Shown: one piece after another, positions 18,696-29,443 of the stretch
Numbering within the stretch: position 1 is the first letter of the stretch
Layout of the letters: each line of letters starts with the position of its first letter
Origin: Ilumatobacteraceae bacterium
GTDB lineage: Bacteria > Actinomycetota > Acidimicrobiia > Acidimicrobiales > Ilumatobacteraceae
Assembly: GCA_041581055.1 (NCBI GenBank)
Contig: JBFGCT010000001.1
Location: 6,652 to 70,651, forward strand
DNA length: 64,000 nt
Direction of reading: 5' to 3'
Translations under genes and position numbers: made by a program
Notes under the pieces: model-generated
Database searches by the model: none
What the model was told of the DNA's origin: nothing
The model's input: only the letters and a program-made list of their open reading frames with translations

Positions 18696-19424
18696 CGTCG
18701 GCCCTGCCGGCGGGGCGTCGGGGAAGTCGCCGTCGCCGACGACGGTCGAGGCCGGGATCGACGTGCCCGGCGTCGAGGGGCCGACCTCTTCACCGCACCG
18801 CACGGTGGTCACCTCCTCCAACTCGAGGTCGACCACGGTGACGCTGTCGGGCCCGAAGCGGCGCAGGAAGTCACGGAACGTCGGAATGTCGATGTTGCCG
18901 CAATCGCGCTCGATGACCTGGGCATACCTGACCTGCCACCCGTTCTCGAACAGCGCGTAGCCGTCTTGCAGGTCGATGATCGGCGGCAGCTCGACGGTCG
19001 CCCGGGGGGCCTGCGGCAGGATCGCGAACCAGACCACCGCGTCGCCGAGGAGGTCGGCGAACACCGCGCAGCGGTTGATCGCGCTGACCGCCGTGCACGA
19101 GATCTCGCCGGGCGTGCCGGGGGCCACGCGCATCACGCGGTCGCCGACGAGGATGAGGTCGAGGAACCCGACCGTGACCCCGTCCGGCGCGACGCTGAAG
19201 TCGTCGGAGGGGACGATGGCGAAGATCGGCTCGATCAGGTCGATCCGCCGTTCGACGACCTCGACGTCGGCGATCGCGTCGATCGCGTCGCCCTCGTCGG
19301 CGATCACCGTCCTGACGAACAGCGCCAACCCGGCGAGCGCGGCGACGGCCGCAACGAACCGGAGGCTGAACAACTGCCGCACGGGAGACCAACGTACCGG
19401 CGGCCGTCCCGGTCGCACCGCCAC
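18684..19424 (-). CDS. Hypothetical membrane-anchored protein
   Basis: N-terminal anchor LFSLRFVAAVAALAGLALFV. No recognisable domain. Confidence 0.5.
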   Translation of the reverse strand: MAVRPGRPPVRWSPVRQLFSLRFVAAVAALAGLALFVRTVIADEGDAIDAIADVEVVERRIDLIEPIFAIVPSDDFSVAPDGVTVGFLDLILVGDRVMRVAPGTPGEISCTAVSAINRCAVFADLLGDAVVWFAILPQAPRATVELPPIIDLQDGYALFENGWQVRYAQVIERDCGNIDIPTFRDFLRRFGPDSVTVVDLELEEVTTVRCGEEVGPSTPGTSIPASTVVGDGDFPDAPPAGPTSAP

Positions 19425-19469
19425 CCGGCCGGATCGGTCGCTGCGCCACGACCGCGCCGTCCTTCCGCT

Positions 19470-20813
<1,344 letters not shown>

Positions 20814-20823
20814 CGGACTCAGC

Positions 20824-21837
20824 TCAGCTCCGGCGCGCCGCGGTCTCGGCGAACCAGCGGGTGAAGTACGTGAGCACGAAGTCGGCGCCCGCCCGCTTGA
20901 TCGCCGTCAGATGCTCGAGGGCGACGGCGTCGCCGTCGATCCACCCGCGCTCGGCCGCGGCGTGGATCATCGCGTACTCCCCGCTCACGTGATAGGCGGC
21001 GAGCGGCACGTCGACGACGGCCGCCGCGTCGGCGATGACGTCGAGGTAGGCGAGCGCCGGCTTGACCATCACCATGTCGGCGCCCTCGTCGATGTCGAGC
21101 TCGATCTCGCGCAGCGCCTCGCGGGCGTTGCGCCAGTCCTGCTGGTAGCCCTTCCGGTCGCCGCCGTCGCGGATCGAGACGTCGACCGCGTCGCGGAACG
21201 GGCCGTAGAGCCCGCTCGCGTACTTCGCCGAGTAGGCGAGGATCGCGACGTCGTGATGGCCGTCGTCATCGAGCGCGTCGCGGATCGCGGCGACCTGACC
21301 GTCCATCATCCCGCTGGGCGCGACGACCTGGGCGCCGGCGCGGGCCTGGGCGAGCGCCGCCTTGACGTACAGCTCGACGGTCGCGTCGTTGTCGACCGCG
21401 CCCCGCTCGTCGACGATGCCGCAGTGCCCGTGGTCGGTGTACTCGTCGACGCAGAGGTCGGCCATGACCACCAGGTCGTCGCCGACGTCGACGGCCAGGT
21501 CGGCGAGCGCGACCTGCACGATCCCGTCGGGGTCGTACGCGCCCGAGCCGACCGGATCCTTCTCGGCCGGGACGCCGAACAGGATCACCCCGCGCACACC
21601 TAGCCCCGCTAGCACGGCGACCTCGGCGCGCAGCGAGTCGCGGGTGTGCTGGACGACGCCGGGAAGCGACGGGATCGGTTGGGGCTCGGTGATCCCCTCG
21701 CGCACGAACAGCGGGGCGACGAGGTCGTCGACGCGGACGTGGGTCTCGGCGACGAGGTCGCGCATCGCCGGCGTCCGGCGGAGGCGACGCGGTCGAATCG
21801 ACGGGCCCTGGTCACTCACCGCGCCGAGCCTAACCAT
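20824..21837 (-). CDS. hemB: Porphobilinogen synthase (delta-aminolevulinate dehydratase)
   Basis: RPRRLRRTPAMRDLV, MVKPALAYLDV, YHVSGEYAM. Start chosen at Met19 of the listed ORF by comparison with typical HemB N-termini. Confidence 0.9.
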   Translation of the reverse strand: MVRLGAVSDQGPSIRPRRLRRTPAMRDLVAETHVRVDDLVAPLFVREGITEPQPIPSLPGVVQHTRDSLRAEVAVLAGLGVRGVILFGVPAEKDPVGSGAYDPDGIVQVALADLAVDVGDDLVVMADLCVDEYTDHGHCGIVDERGAVDNDATVELYVKAALAQARAGAQVVAPSGMMDGQVAAIRDALDDDGHHDVAILAYSAKYASGLYGPFRDAVDVSIRDGGDRKGYQQDWRNAREALREIELDIDEGADMVMVKPALAYLDVIADAAAVVDVPLAAYHVSGEYAMIHAAAERGWIDGDAVALEHLTAIKRAGADFVLTYFTRWFAETAARRS

Positions 21838-21839
21838 GG

Positions 21840-23108
21840 ATGCCGGAATCATCGGTTGCCCAGCCGGTAGCGTTCGCGACCGTGTCGACACAGGCGTGGT
21901 TCTCCAACGACGAGTCCGAAGTCGATCCCGGCACGTCGCTCACGTTGATGCTGTCGATCCACAACCTCGGCGATTCGACCGACTCGTACACGATCGTCCC
22001 CGCCGGCCTGACCGCCAGCTGGACCGCCGTCGAGCGCGGCAACGTGACGCTGTTCGCCGGCTCGCAGGACGTCGTCGAGGTCGTCGTGACCCCGCCGGCC
22101 CAGCCGACGACCTCGGCCGGGCCGACGTTCGTCGCGGTCCGGATCATTCCCGAGAACGATCCGGACGACACCGTCGTGGCCGAGACGATGCTGTCGATCC
22201 AGCCCTTCGACGATCGCCGGCTCGCGGCGCTGCAGCCGGTCCAACGCGCCCGCCGCCGCGCGACATACGAGTTCATGGTCGAGAACCACGGCAACGAGCT
22301 GGCGAGCTGCCGGCTGCGCCTCGTCGACCCGAGCAACCGGATCGACGGCGACTTCGACCCGCCGGCGGTCGGGGTGCCGCCGGGCGGGGCCTCGCTCGTC
22401 CGCTTCCGGGCGAAGGCCAAGCGGGGCCTGTTCCGCCGCTCGTCGCGCAACCTCGACTTCGAGATCGACGCCGAGCAGCAGGGTCACGAGACCGCCGCCG
22501 CGTCGATGGCGATGGTCCAGCCGCCGACGATCCCCCTGGCGCTGGTCTGGCGGGTCGCCGCGGTCGCCGCGATCGTCGCCGCGGCGATCGGGTCGTGGGT
22601 CTGGGTCGTGCAGCCGGAGATCGAGGATGTGGCCGGGCAGACGGTCGACGACCGGATCGCCGAGTTCGTGCCCGCCGACAGCGGCGACAGCGGTGAGGTT
22701 CCGATTCCGGTGACGACGGTCGCCGTCGACGAGCCAGAACCGGAGCCGATCCCCGACGAGCCGACGTTTGTCCGCCTGGAAGCCGCCCCGGCCCTCAACC
22801 AGACCGCCGACGCCTCGCACACGATCCCGGACGGCCAGCTCTTCGACATGACCGACGTCCGCGTCGAGAACCCGTTCAACGACTCCGGGCTGGCGACACT
22901 CCTCGTCAACGGCGACCCCGTGTTCGTCTGGTCGCTCGCCAACATCCGCGGCCAGCTCTTCGAGCCGCGGATCACCCAGCTCCGCCTGCAGCCGGGCGAC
23001 AACGTCACGTTCACCTCGCGCTGCGACGCCATCGGCAACTCGACGCAGCCCACCTGCACCAACGCGATCAACATCGGCGGCCTGGCGATCACGGTCGACG
23101 AGCCCTGA
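21840..23108 (+). CDS. Hypothetical membrane protein
   Basis: 422-aa ORF with a central TM (ALVWRVAAVAAIVAAAIGSWVWVV). The N-terminal region resembles Ig-like or NEW3-type folds, but I cannot assign it. Confidence 0.55.
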   Translation: MPESSVAQPVAFATVSTQAWFSNDESEVDPGTSLTLMLSIHNLGDSTDSYTIVPAGLTASWTAVERGNVTLFAGSQDVVEVVVTPPAQPTTSAGPTFVAVRIIPENDPDDTVVAETMLSIQPFDDRRLAALQPVQRARRRATYEFMVENHGNELASCRLRLVDPSNRIDGDFDPPAVGVPPGGASLVRFRAKAKRGLFRRSSRNLDFEIDAEQQGHETAAASMAMVQPPTIPLALVWRVAAVAAIVAAAIGSWVWVVQPEIEDVAGQTVDDRIAEFVPADSGDSGEVPIPVTTVAVDEPEPEPIPDEPTFVRLEAAPALNQTADASHTIPDGQLFDMTDVRVENPFNDSGLATLLVNGDPVFVWSLANIRGQLFEPRITQLRLQPGDNVTFTSRCDAIGNSTQPTCTNAINIGGLAITVDEP

Positions 23109-23174
23109 CGTCCGCGCCCTGACGTCCACGCCCTGACACACACGCCCTGACACACACGCCCTGACCCCACGCAC
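23102..23174. repeat. 14-bp tandem repeat, 4 full copies plus 1 variant copy
   Basis: GCCCTGACGTCCGC / GCCCTGACGTCCAC / GCCCTGACACACAC x2 / GCCCTGACCCCACGCAC. It begins inside the stop codon region of the upstream gene. Confidence 0.85.
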
Positions 23175-23194
23175 GCCGGCGCGGAGTCTCGGGT

Positions 23195-25666
23195 TCAGCC
23201 GAGGCCGAAGCCGGGCATCCCGACCATCGCCGTCGACTGCTCGATCACCGTGACCGGGGCGGTGGCGGTCACACCCTCGGGTGATTGGACGACGACGGTG
23301 TGGTCGCCTCCCCGCTCGTTGGGCGACACCGGGACGGCGACGAAGAACCCGCCCTGCTCGTCGGTCGTGGCGGTCACCGCGTCGCCGGACCCGTCACCGA
23401 ACACGATCGTCAGCTCGGTGTTCGGCGGGTAGTTCTCACCGCCGGCGAGGAACAGCCGCCCAGCGGCGACCTCGGTGGTCGAGAGGGCGACGACGGGGGC
23501 GTACCGCCCGTCACCGGCGATCACCATCGACGTATAGGCGCCCTCCGGCGTGGCGATCTCGACGAGGGCGCTGCGACGGCCGGTGTCCAACGGCGAGAAG
23601 GTGACGCCGACGCTGCAGCTCGCCCGCGGGTTGAGCGGGCGGTTCGCGCAGTTGTTGGTCGTCACCGCGAAGTCCCACGGGTCGGTACCCCCGACCCGGA
23701 CCGCGGCGACCGAGGTCGGGATCATCGAGATGTTCATCACGTCGAACTGGAATTCCGTGCTGGACGTCCCGATGTCGACCACGCCGATGTCGGCCCCGGC
23801 GGGGTCGATGCGCAGCTGCGGCTCGCCGCCCGACCCCGACACGGTCGAGCTGACCGACACCGCGCCGAAGCCGGTCTCGGAGATCGTCAGCGTTCCGCTG
23901 ACGGGGCCCTCCGCCGACGGGGTGAAGTTCAGCCGGACGGTGCAGTCGCCGCCGGGCGGGACGTTGCTGCCCAGGGTGCACGTGCTCAACTCGGTGTTGA
24001 TCGCGAAGTTCGGGTTGTCGAGCGACACCTCGGTCGGCGTGAAGCTCGACGGGCCCTCGTTGATCACGGCGACGTACCACTCGTCGCTCTCGAGGCCGAC
24101 GACGGTCGTGCCGAGGTCGGCGTCGGCGAGCGACAGCGTCGGCACGGTGGTCAGCGCGACCACGTGGCGGCCGACGACGTCCTTGTCGGCGTCGAACTCC
24201 CCGGGGACGAGCGTGTCGAACACGGTCGTGCGGCCGGTGTCGCTGACCGCCGGCCGGGCATGGGCCCCGACGGTCGGGCGCACGCCGTCGCTGGCCACCG
24301 TCAGCCGCCGCAACGCGCGGGTCGTCACGTTGGCGACGAGGACGTCGCCGTCGGCCGCCTCGCCGCCGCCGCGCGTCTGGATCAGCTGCAGGTTCGGCGC
24401 CTTGGACACGAACACGACCAGCTCGCCGTCGGCGGTGAGCGTCGGCTGCGACGAGGGGGCGGTCCCGGCGACCGGCGGCTCGACGCCCGACTCGGCGCTG
24501 ACGAGGGTCAGCGACATGCCGCTCGGCTCGTCGAACCAGCCGTTGCGGTCGGTGTCCCGGTCGAGCCGGTACACCTGGGTCGGGCAGCTCGAGACGCAGT
24601 CGGGGAAGACCGCCGGGATGAGCCCGACGTCGGCCGACGTGAAGGCGACGACCCGACCATCGCGGGACAGCGTCGGCTCGGACGCGCCCCGCGCCGACGC
24701 GTCCCCGTTCGGGCGGGCCGAGACGAGGCGCACCGCGAGGAACGGATCGGCCTGCTCTCGGTCCCAGACGAACACCTGCCGGATCGCCGCCTCGCCGGCG
24801 ACCGGTCCCTCACCCCACGCCGGAACGGCTTCGGCCGAGGCGGCGTCCGAGCGGTAGGCGACGAATCGGCCGTCGCCGGAGATCGCCGGCTGGTCGATGC
24901 CGCCGTGTACGAATACCGTGTTCGGGCTGTCGGACGGCGTCCCGGCGAGGAACTGCAACCGCGACGGGTCGTCGATCGCCACCGTCAGGTCGACCAGCGT
25001 GACCACGGTGAGCTCGTCACCCTCGAACAGGTGGGTCGCCGGGTGGGTGAACGCGATCTCGGTGCCGCTCCGCGACACGGCGGGCGGATCGTCCGGGCTG
25101 ACGTCGTCGCGGGCGAGGGCGGTGCCGTCGTCGCGGGTGGAGACCAGTTCCCAGTCGCCGAGCGCGCCGCCACAGTGCGGGAGCGTCGACCTGTAGACGT
25201 CCCAGCGGATGCCGGTGTCGTCGTCGCGGAACACGTCGAGGGCCATCTCGGTGATGGCGACGACGGTGCACCCGTCGCCGGAGAGCACGGGCTGCACCGT
25301 GTTGCCGGGTCGGAGACCGGGCGGCACCGGCGTCAGCTCGACCGTCGACTCGTCCGCCCGATCGGTCAGGTACACCGTGGTCTGGCGGGTGTCCACGGCG
25401 GTTTCGGGGTCGAGCGCCGGCGGGGGCGCGCCCTGGAAGGCGACGAACCGACCGTCGCCCGACACCGACGCGTGCGAGCCGAGCACGTCGCCGATCGGCC
25501 CGGCGCCGCCGCCCGGCGAACGCTCGTCGGCCTGTTCGACGACGACGATGGGGCGCGCGCTCACGCCGCCGCCACTCGCGCTCAGGAGCAATCCTGCGCC
25601 CAATGCGGCCGCCGTCACGGAGATGACATGTCGTCTCCGGCCGGTTTGCGCCACGTTGTCCCTCAT
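23195..25666 (-). CDS. Large secreted protein with TolB-like beta-propeller repeats and Ig/ASH-like C-terminal modules
   Basis: Signal-like VISVTAAALGAGLLLSASGG. Repeated S.DGR.VAF-type propeller motifs and CTVRLNFTPSAEGPVSGTLTI-type beta-sandwich modules. Start taken at Met 25666. Confidence 0.65.
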   Translation of the reverse strand: MRDNVAQTGRRRHVISVTAAALGAGLLLSASGGGVSARPIVVVEQADERSPGGGAGPIGDVLGSHASVSGDGRFVAFQGAPPPALDPETAVDTRQTTVYLTDRADESTVELTPVPPGLRPGNTVQPVLSGDGCTVVAITEMALDVFRDDDTGIRWDVYRSTLPHCGGALGDWELVSTRDDGTALARDDVSPDDPPAVSRSGTEIAFTHPATHLFEGDELTVVTLVDLTVAIDDPSRLQFLAGTPSDSPNTVFVHGGIDQPAISGDGRFVAYRSDAASAEAVPAWGEGPVAGEAAIRQVFVWDREQADPFLAVRLVSARPNGDASARGASEPTLSRDGRVVAFTSADVGLIPAVFPDCVSSCPTQVYRLDRDTDRNGWFDEPSGMSLTLVSAESGVEPPVAGTAPSSQPTLTADGELVVFVSKAPNLQLIQTRGGGEAADGDVLVANVTTRALRRLTVASDGVRPTVGAHARPAVSDTGRTTVFDTLVPGEFDADKDVVGRHVVALTTVPTLSLADADLGTTVVGLESDEWYVAVINEGPSSFTPTEVSLDNPNFAINTELSTCTLGSNVPPGGDCTVRLNFTPSAEGPVSGTLTISETGFGAVSVSSTVSGSGGEPQLRIDPAGADIGVVDIGTSSTEFQFDVMNISMIPTSVAAVRVGGTDPWDFAVTTNNCANRPLNPRASCSVGVTFSPLDTGRRSALVEIATPEGAYTSMVIAGDGRYAPVVALSTTEVAAGRLFLAGGENYPPNTELTIVFGDGSGDAVTATTDEQGGFFVAVPVSPNERGGDHTVVVQSPEGVTATAPVTVIEQSTAMVGMPGFGLG

Positions 25667-25727
25667 TTCGATCGTTCTCCGGCGGAAATTCTGACACGTC
25701 CGGGCGCCGGCCTGACAACGCCGCCCC

Positions 25728-26471
25728 TCACCCAGGTGCCCCTGAGCTGCTGAAACAACGTTCGAGCGCCGTGACCAGTCCCGACAAGGAATGATCGGTC
25801 GCAACTCCGGAGACCTTGAGCCCCGAACGTGTGGCCGCGGCGGCGGTCGAGGGGCCGATCGCCACGACGACCGGCGGGCCCGCCACACCGAACCGCTCGA
25901 CCCAGGTCTCAGCGGCCGAGCCGCTGGCCAACAGTAGCGCGTCGGCGTCGGCCACCTCGGCGTCGGCGGCGGCGGCCGGGCTCGACAGCGTGCGGTACGC
26001 GGTGACGGTCGTCACCGTGTGCCCGGCGGCGGTCAACGACTCCGCCAGCGTCGCCGGCGCCCGATCGGCGACCGCCAACAGCACCCGCGCCGCCGCGAGC
26101 TCGGCGAACGACTCGGCCAGCGCCGCTCCGCGTTGGACGCCGGGAACGAGGTCGACGTCGCGGCCAGCCGCCGCGGCAAGCGCGCCGGCGGTGCTCGAGC
26201 CGACGGCGGCCAGCCGAACCGTCGGGTGGTGGCGGGCGGCGTCGGCGACCCGGCGGGCGCCGGCGGGCGACGTGACCACGAGCCAGTCGAACTCGTCGAG
26301 CCGATCGAGGTGCGCCCGCAGCTCGGCGCCGCCGTCCGCCGCGTCGACGACCGCGATCAGCGGGACGTGCACGACGGTCGCGCCCCGCTCCTCGAGCAAC
26401 GTCGCCAGCCGTCCGGGCTCCTCCCGGGTGACCAGCACCCGCCGGCCCCGCAGCGGCCCTGGCGCGCTCAC
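25728..26471 (-). CDS. hemD: Uroporphyrinogen-III synthase
   Basis: GTGA overlap with the hemC stop. RVLVTREEPGRLATLLEERGATVVHVPLI fits HemD, and it sits in the haem operon. Confidence 0.75.
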   Translation of the reverse strand: MSAPGPLRGRRVLVTREEPGRLATLLEERGATVVHVPLIAVVDAADGGAELRAHLDRLDEFDWLVVTSPAGARRVADAARHHPTVRLAAVGSSTAGALAAAAGRDVDLVPGVQRGAALAESFAELAAARVLLAVADRAPATLAESLTAAGHTVTTVTAYRTLSSPAAAADAEVADADALLLASGSAAETWVERFGVAGPPVVVAIGPSTAAAATRSGLKVSGVATDHSLSGLVTALERCFSSSGAPG

Positions 26472-27346
26472 GTCAGCGCGGCCAGCAGAGTTCGCGCCGC
26501 GGCCCGGGCCAACTCGCGGTTGGCCGCGTGGGCGCCGGCGCCCGGGCCGCCGTCCAACTCGATCACGTCGCCGATCGACACGCCGGAGTCGAGGTCGGCG
26601 AGGAACGTGCGCAGCACGCCGTCGGCGACGTGCGCGCCGACGGGCATCGAGCACCCCGCGCCGAGCTCGGCGAGGAACGCCCGCTCGATCTCGACCGCGG
26701 CGCGCGTCGGCGGATGGTCGATCGCCCTGAGCGCGGCGAGCGCCCGCTCGTCGCCGACCCGGCACTCGACGGCGACGCACCCCTGCCCGACCGCCGGAAC
26801 GAACTCGTCGACGTCGAGCCACTCGTCGACGCGGTCGCACAGCCCGAGCACGTCGAGCGCCGCCGCCGCCATCACGATCGCCCCGCCCTCGGGGATCCGC
26901 TCGAGCCGGGTGCCGATGTTGCCGCGCAGCTCGACGAAGTTCAGGTCGGGCCGCCGCCGCCCGAGTTGGGCCCGCCGTCGAACCGACCCGGTCGCCACCG
27001 TCGCGCCGTCGGCCAGCCCGGCGAGCCGGCGCCCGATCAGGACGTCGCGGGCGTCCCGGCGGACGCAGAAGGCGCCGAGCTGCAAGCCCGGCTCGGTCTG
27101 CGACGGCAGGTCCTTGCTGGAGTGCGCGGCCAGGTCGGCTCGGCCGTCGAGCACGGCCCGTTGCACCTCCTTGACGAAGACGCCCTGGCCACCGATCACG
27201 TGCAGCGGCACGTCGGCGCGCACGTCGCCGGTCGTCTGGACCGTGATCAGCTCGACCGCGAGACCGGTCGCCGCCTCGATCGCCCGCGCGACGGCGCCCG
27301 ACTGCTCGATCGCCTGCGGGGACCCGCGCGTCGCGAGGCGCAACAT
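26468..27346 (-). CDS. hemC: Porphobilinogen deaminase (hydroxymethylbilane synthase)
   Basis: MLRLATRGSPQAIEQS, SSKDLPS, RGNIGTRL, and dipyrromethane Cys context GAGCSMPVGAH. Confidence 0.9.
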   Translation of the reverse strand: MLRLATRGSPQAIEQSGAVARAIEAATGLAVELITVQTTGDVRADVPLHVIGGQGVFVKEVQRAVLDGRADLAAHSSKDLPSQTEPGLQLGAFCVRRDARDVLIGRRLAGLADGATVATGSVRRRAQLGRRRPDLNFVELRGNIGTRLERIPEGGAIVMAAAALDVLGLCDRVDEWLDVDEFVPAVGQGCVAVECRVGDERALAALRAIDHPPTRAAVEIERAFLAELGAGCSMPVGAHVADGVLRTFLADLDSGVSIGDVIELDGGPGAGAHAANRELARAAARTLLAALT

Positions 27347-27354
27347 CGGTGGGC

Positions 27355-28620
27355 TCAACCGAGGTCGAACAGGTCGCGCACCGCCGCCGCGTTGCGCTCG
27401 CCCTGCGGGGTGCCCGCCCCGGACTTGAGCCGGACCGACGGCTCGTGGAGCAGCTTCGACACGATCGCCCTCGTCAGCGCCTCGACCGACGCCCGCTCGG
27501 CGTCGTCGAGCGCCGCAAGCCGCGAGCCGAATCGTTGAATCTCCTCGGCGCGCACGCGCTCGGCGGCGGCGCGCATCGACGCGACGAGCGGGGCGGCCTG
27601 GCGGGCGGTCGACTCGACGGCGAAGTTCTCGACCTCCTCGCGCACGATCTGCCTGACCGACTCGGCCTCGACGGCGCGGTGCGCCAGTCCGCGGTCGGCC
27701 CAGTCGCGCAGGTCGTCGAGGTCGAACACGGTGACGTCGTCGAGGTCGGCGACGGCCGGCTCGACGTCGCGCGGCACGGCGATGTCGACGATGTGCAGCG
27801 GCCGGCCCGGGGCCCGGCCGGCCATCGCCTCGCGGATCAGGGACTCGCTCAGCACCGGGGCGCCGGCGCCGGTCCCGGCGACGACGACATCGGCCCGGCG
27901 GATCGCCGCGCCGATCTGGTCGAACCCGACGGCGGCGGCGCCGATCCGGTCGGCGAGGGCCGCGCCGCGGTCGGCGGAGCGGTTGGCCACGACGACCTCG
28001 GCCCGCCCGGACCGTCCGAGCGCCACGGCGACCCCCTCGCCCATCGACCCCGCGCCGACGACGAGGACGTTCCGCCCGGCGAGCTCGCCGACGACGTCGC
28101 GCAGCATCTCGACCGCGGCGTGGCTGACCGACGCGGTGCCCCGGCCGATGCCGGTCTCGCTCCGGGCCCGCTTGCCGGTCTCGATCGCGGCGCGCACGAG
28201 CAGGTTGAGCGTCGCCCGGGCGGCGCCCTCCTGCTGGGCGATCTCCCACGCCGCACGCACCTGGCCGAGGATCTCGCTCTCGCCGAGCACGGCGGAGTCG
28301 AGGCCGGCGGCGACCGAGAAGAGGTGGGCGGCGGCCGCCGCGTCGTGCTGGCTGTACAGGTGGGGCGTCAACTCCTCGACGGTCAGGTCGCCCAGCTCGC
28401 ACAGGAACTCCCGGACGTCGCCGTACGCGCCGTGGAACCGCTCGGCGACGACGTACACCTCGGTGCGGTTGCACGTCGACAGCACCAACGCCTCGCGCAC
28501 GTTGTCGCGTCGGGCGAGGCCGGCGACCGCCTTGCCGACCTGCTCGGGCGGGATCGCGACGCGCTCCAACAGTGTCAGCGGCCCACTGCGGTGGTTGACG
28601 CCTACGACGAGAATCGACAT
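27355..28620 (-). CDS. hemA: Glutamyl-tRNA reductase
   Basis: LSTCNRTEVY, GESEILGQV and NRS motifs. 421-aa ORF. Confidence 0.9.
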   Translation of the reverse strand: MSILVVGVNHRSGPLTLLERVAIPPEQVGKAVAGLARRDNVREALVLSTCNRTEVYVVAERFHGAYGDVREFLCELGDLTVEELTPHLYSQHDAAAAAHLFSVAAGLDSAVLGESEILGQVRAAWEIAQQEGAARATLNLLVRAAIETGKRARSETGIGRGTASVSHAAVEMLRDVVGELAGRNVLVVGAGSMGEGVAVALGRSGRAEVVVANRSADRGAALADRIGAAAVGFDQIGAAIRRADVVVAGTGAGAPVLSESLIREAMAGRAPGRPLHIVDIAVPRDVEPAVADLDDVTVFDLDDLRDWADRGLAHRAVEAESVRQIVREEVENFAVESTARQAAPLVASMRAAAERVRAEEIQRFGSRLAALDDAERASVEALTRAIVSKLLHEPSVRLKSGAGTPQGERNAAAVRDLFDLG

Positions 28621-28633
28621 GCCAACGCCAAGA

Positions 28634-29338
28634 CTAGGCCGTGACTCCGCGACCCCGGTCGCCGGGCACGGCGCGCAGCCCGCTCGACTGGGCGAGGTTC
28701 GCCCGCCGTTGCTCGTAGTAGCTGAGGATCTGCAGCTCGACGGCCAGATCGACCTTGCGGACGTTGACGTGGTGCGGCACGTTGATGACCGTCGGGGCGA
28801 AGTTCAAGATGCTGGTGACGCCGGCCTCGACGAGCGCGTCGGCGGCGACCTGCGCGGTGGCGCTCGGCGTGGCGATGACGCCGATCGCGATCCCCCTCGA
28901 CCGGACGACCTGGCCGAGCTCGGTCAGGTGCCGCACCCGCACGCCCCCGATCACGGAACCGACCTTGGCGTCGTCGATGTCGACGATGCCGCCGACCGGC
29001 AACCCGCGTTCGCCGAACCCCCCATAGCCGGCGAGGGCCTGGCCGAGGTTGCCGGCGCCGACGATGACGACAGGCCAGTCGTGGGTGAGCCCGAGCTCGC
29101 GGCGGATCTGGTAGGTCAAGAACTCGACGTCGTAGCCGACGCCGCGCGTGCCGTAACTGCCGAGGTACGAGAGATCCTTGCGCACCTTTGCGGCGTTGAC
29201 GCCGGCCAGCTCGGCGAGCCCGTCGGAAGAGATGTTGGTCGCCCCCTCGGCGAACCGGTCCGAGAGGATCCGCAGGTAGACCGGCAGGCGCGCCACCGTC
29301 GCTTCGGGAATTCGTCTGCGCGATCGCTGCCCGGCCAT
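28634..29338 (-). CDS. rex: Redox-sensing transcriptional repressor Rex
   Basis: IPEATVARLPVYLRIL, KDLSYLGSYGTRGVGYDV, and Rossmann VVIVGAGNLGQALA. Confidence 0.9.
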   Translation of the reverse strand: MAGQRSRRRIPEATVARLPVYLRILSDRFAEGATNISSDGLAELAGVNAAKVRKDLSYLGSYGTRGVGYDVEFLTYQIRRELGLTHDWPVVIVGAGNLGQALAGYGGFGERGLPVGGIVDIDDAKVGSVIGGVRVRHLTELGQVVRSRGIAIGVIATPSATAQVAADALVEAGVTSILNFAPTVINVPHHVNVRKVDLAVELQILSYYEQRRANLAQSSGLRAVPGDRGRGVTA

Positions 29339-29359
29339 GCGCCGCCCACGTTAGGTCGC

Positions 29360-29377
29360 TCGTGCACATTTTCACGA
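29360..29377. promoter_or_regulatory. Rex operator (ROP)-like inverted repeat upstream of rex
   Basis: TCGTGCACATTTTCACGA matches the TTGTGAA-N4-TTCACAA consensus at 11 of 14 specified positions. It lies 22 nt upstream of the rex start. Confidence 0.5.
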
Positions 29378-29443
29378 GGCGCGGCGTCGAACGGCCCCTG
29401 CGACCTGTGTCACCACCGGCGCGGGGACGGGCCCGGGTGCGCC

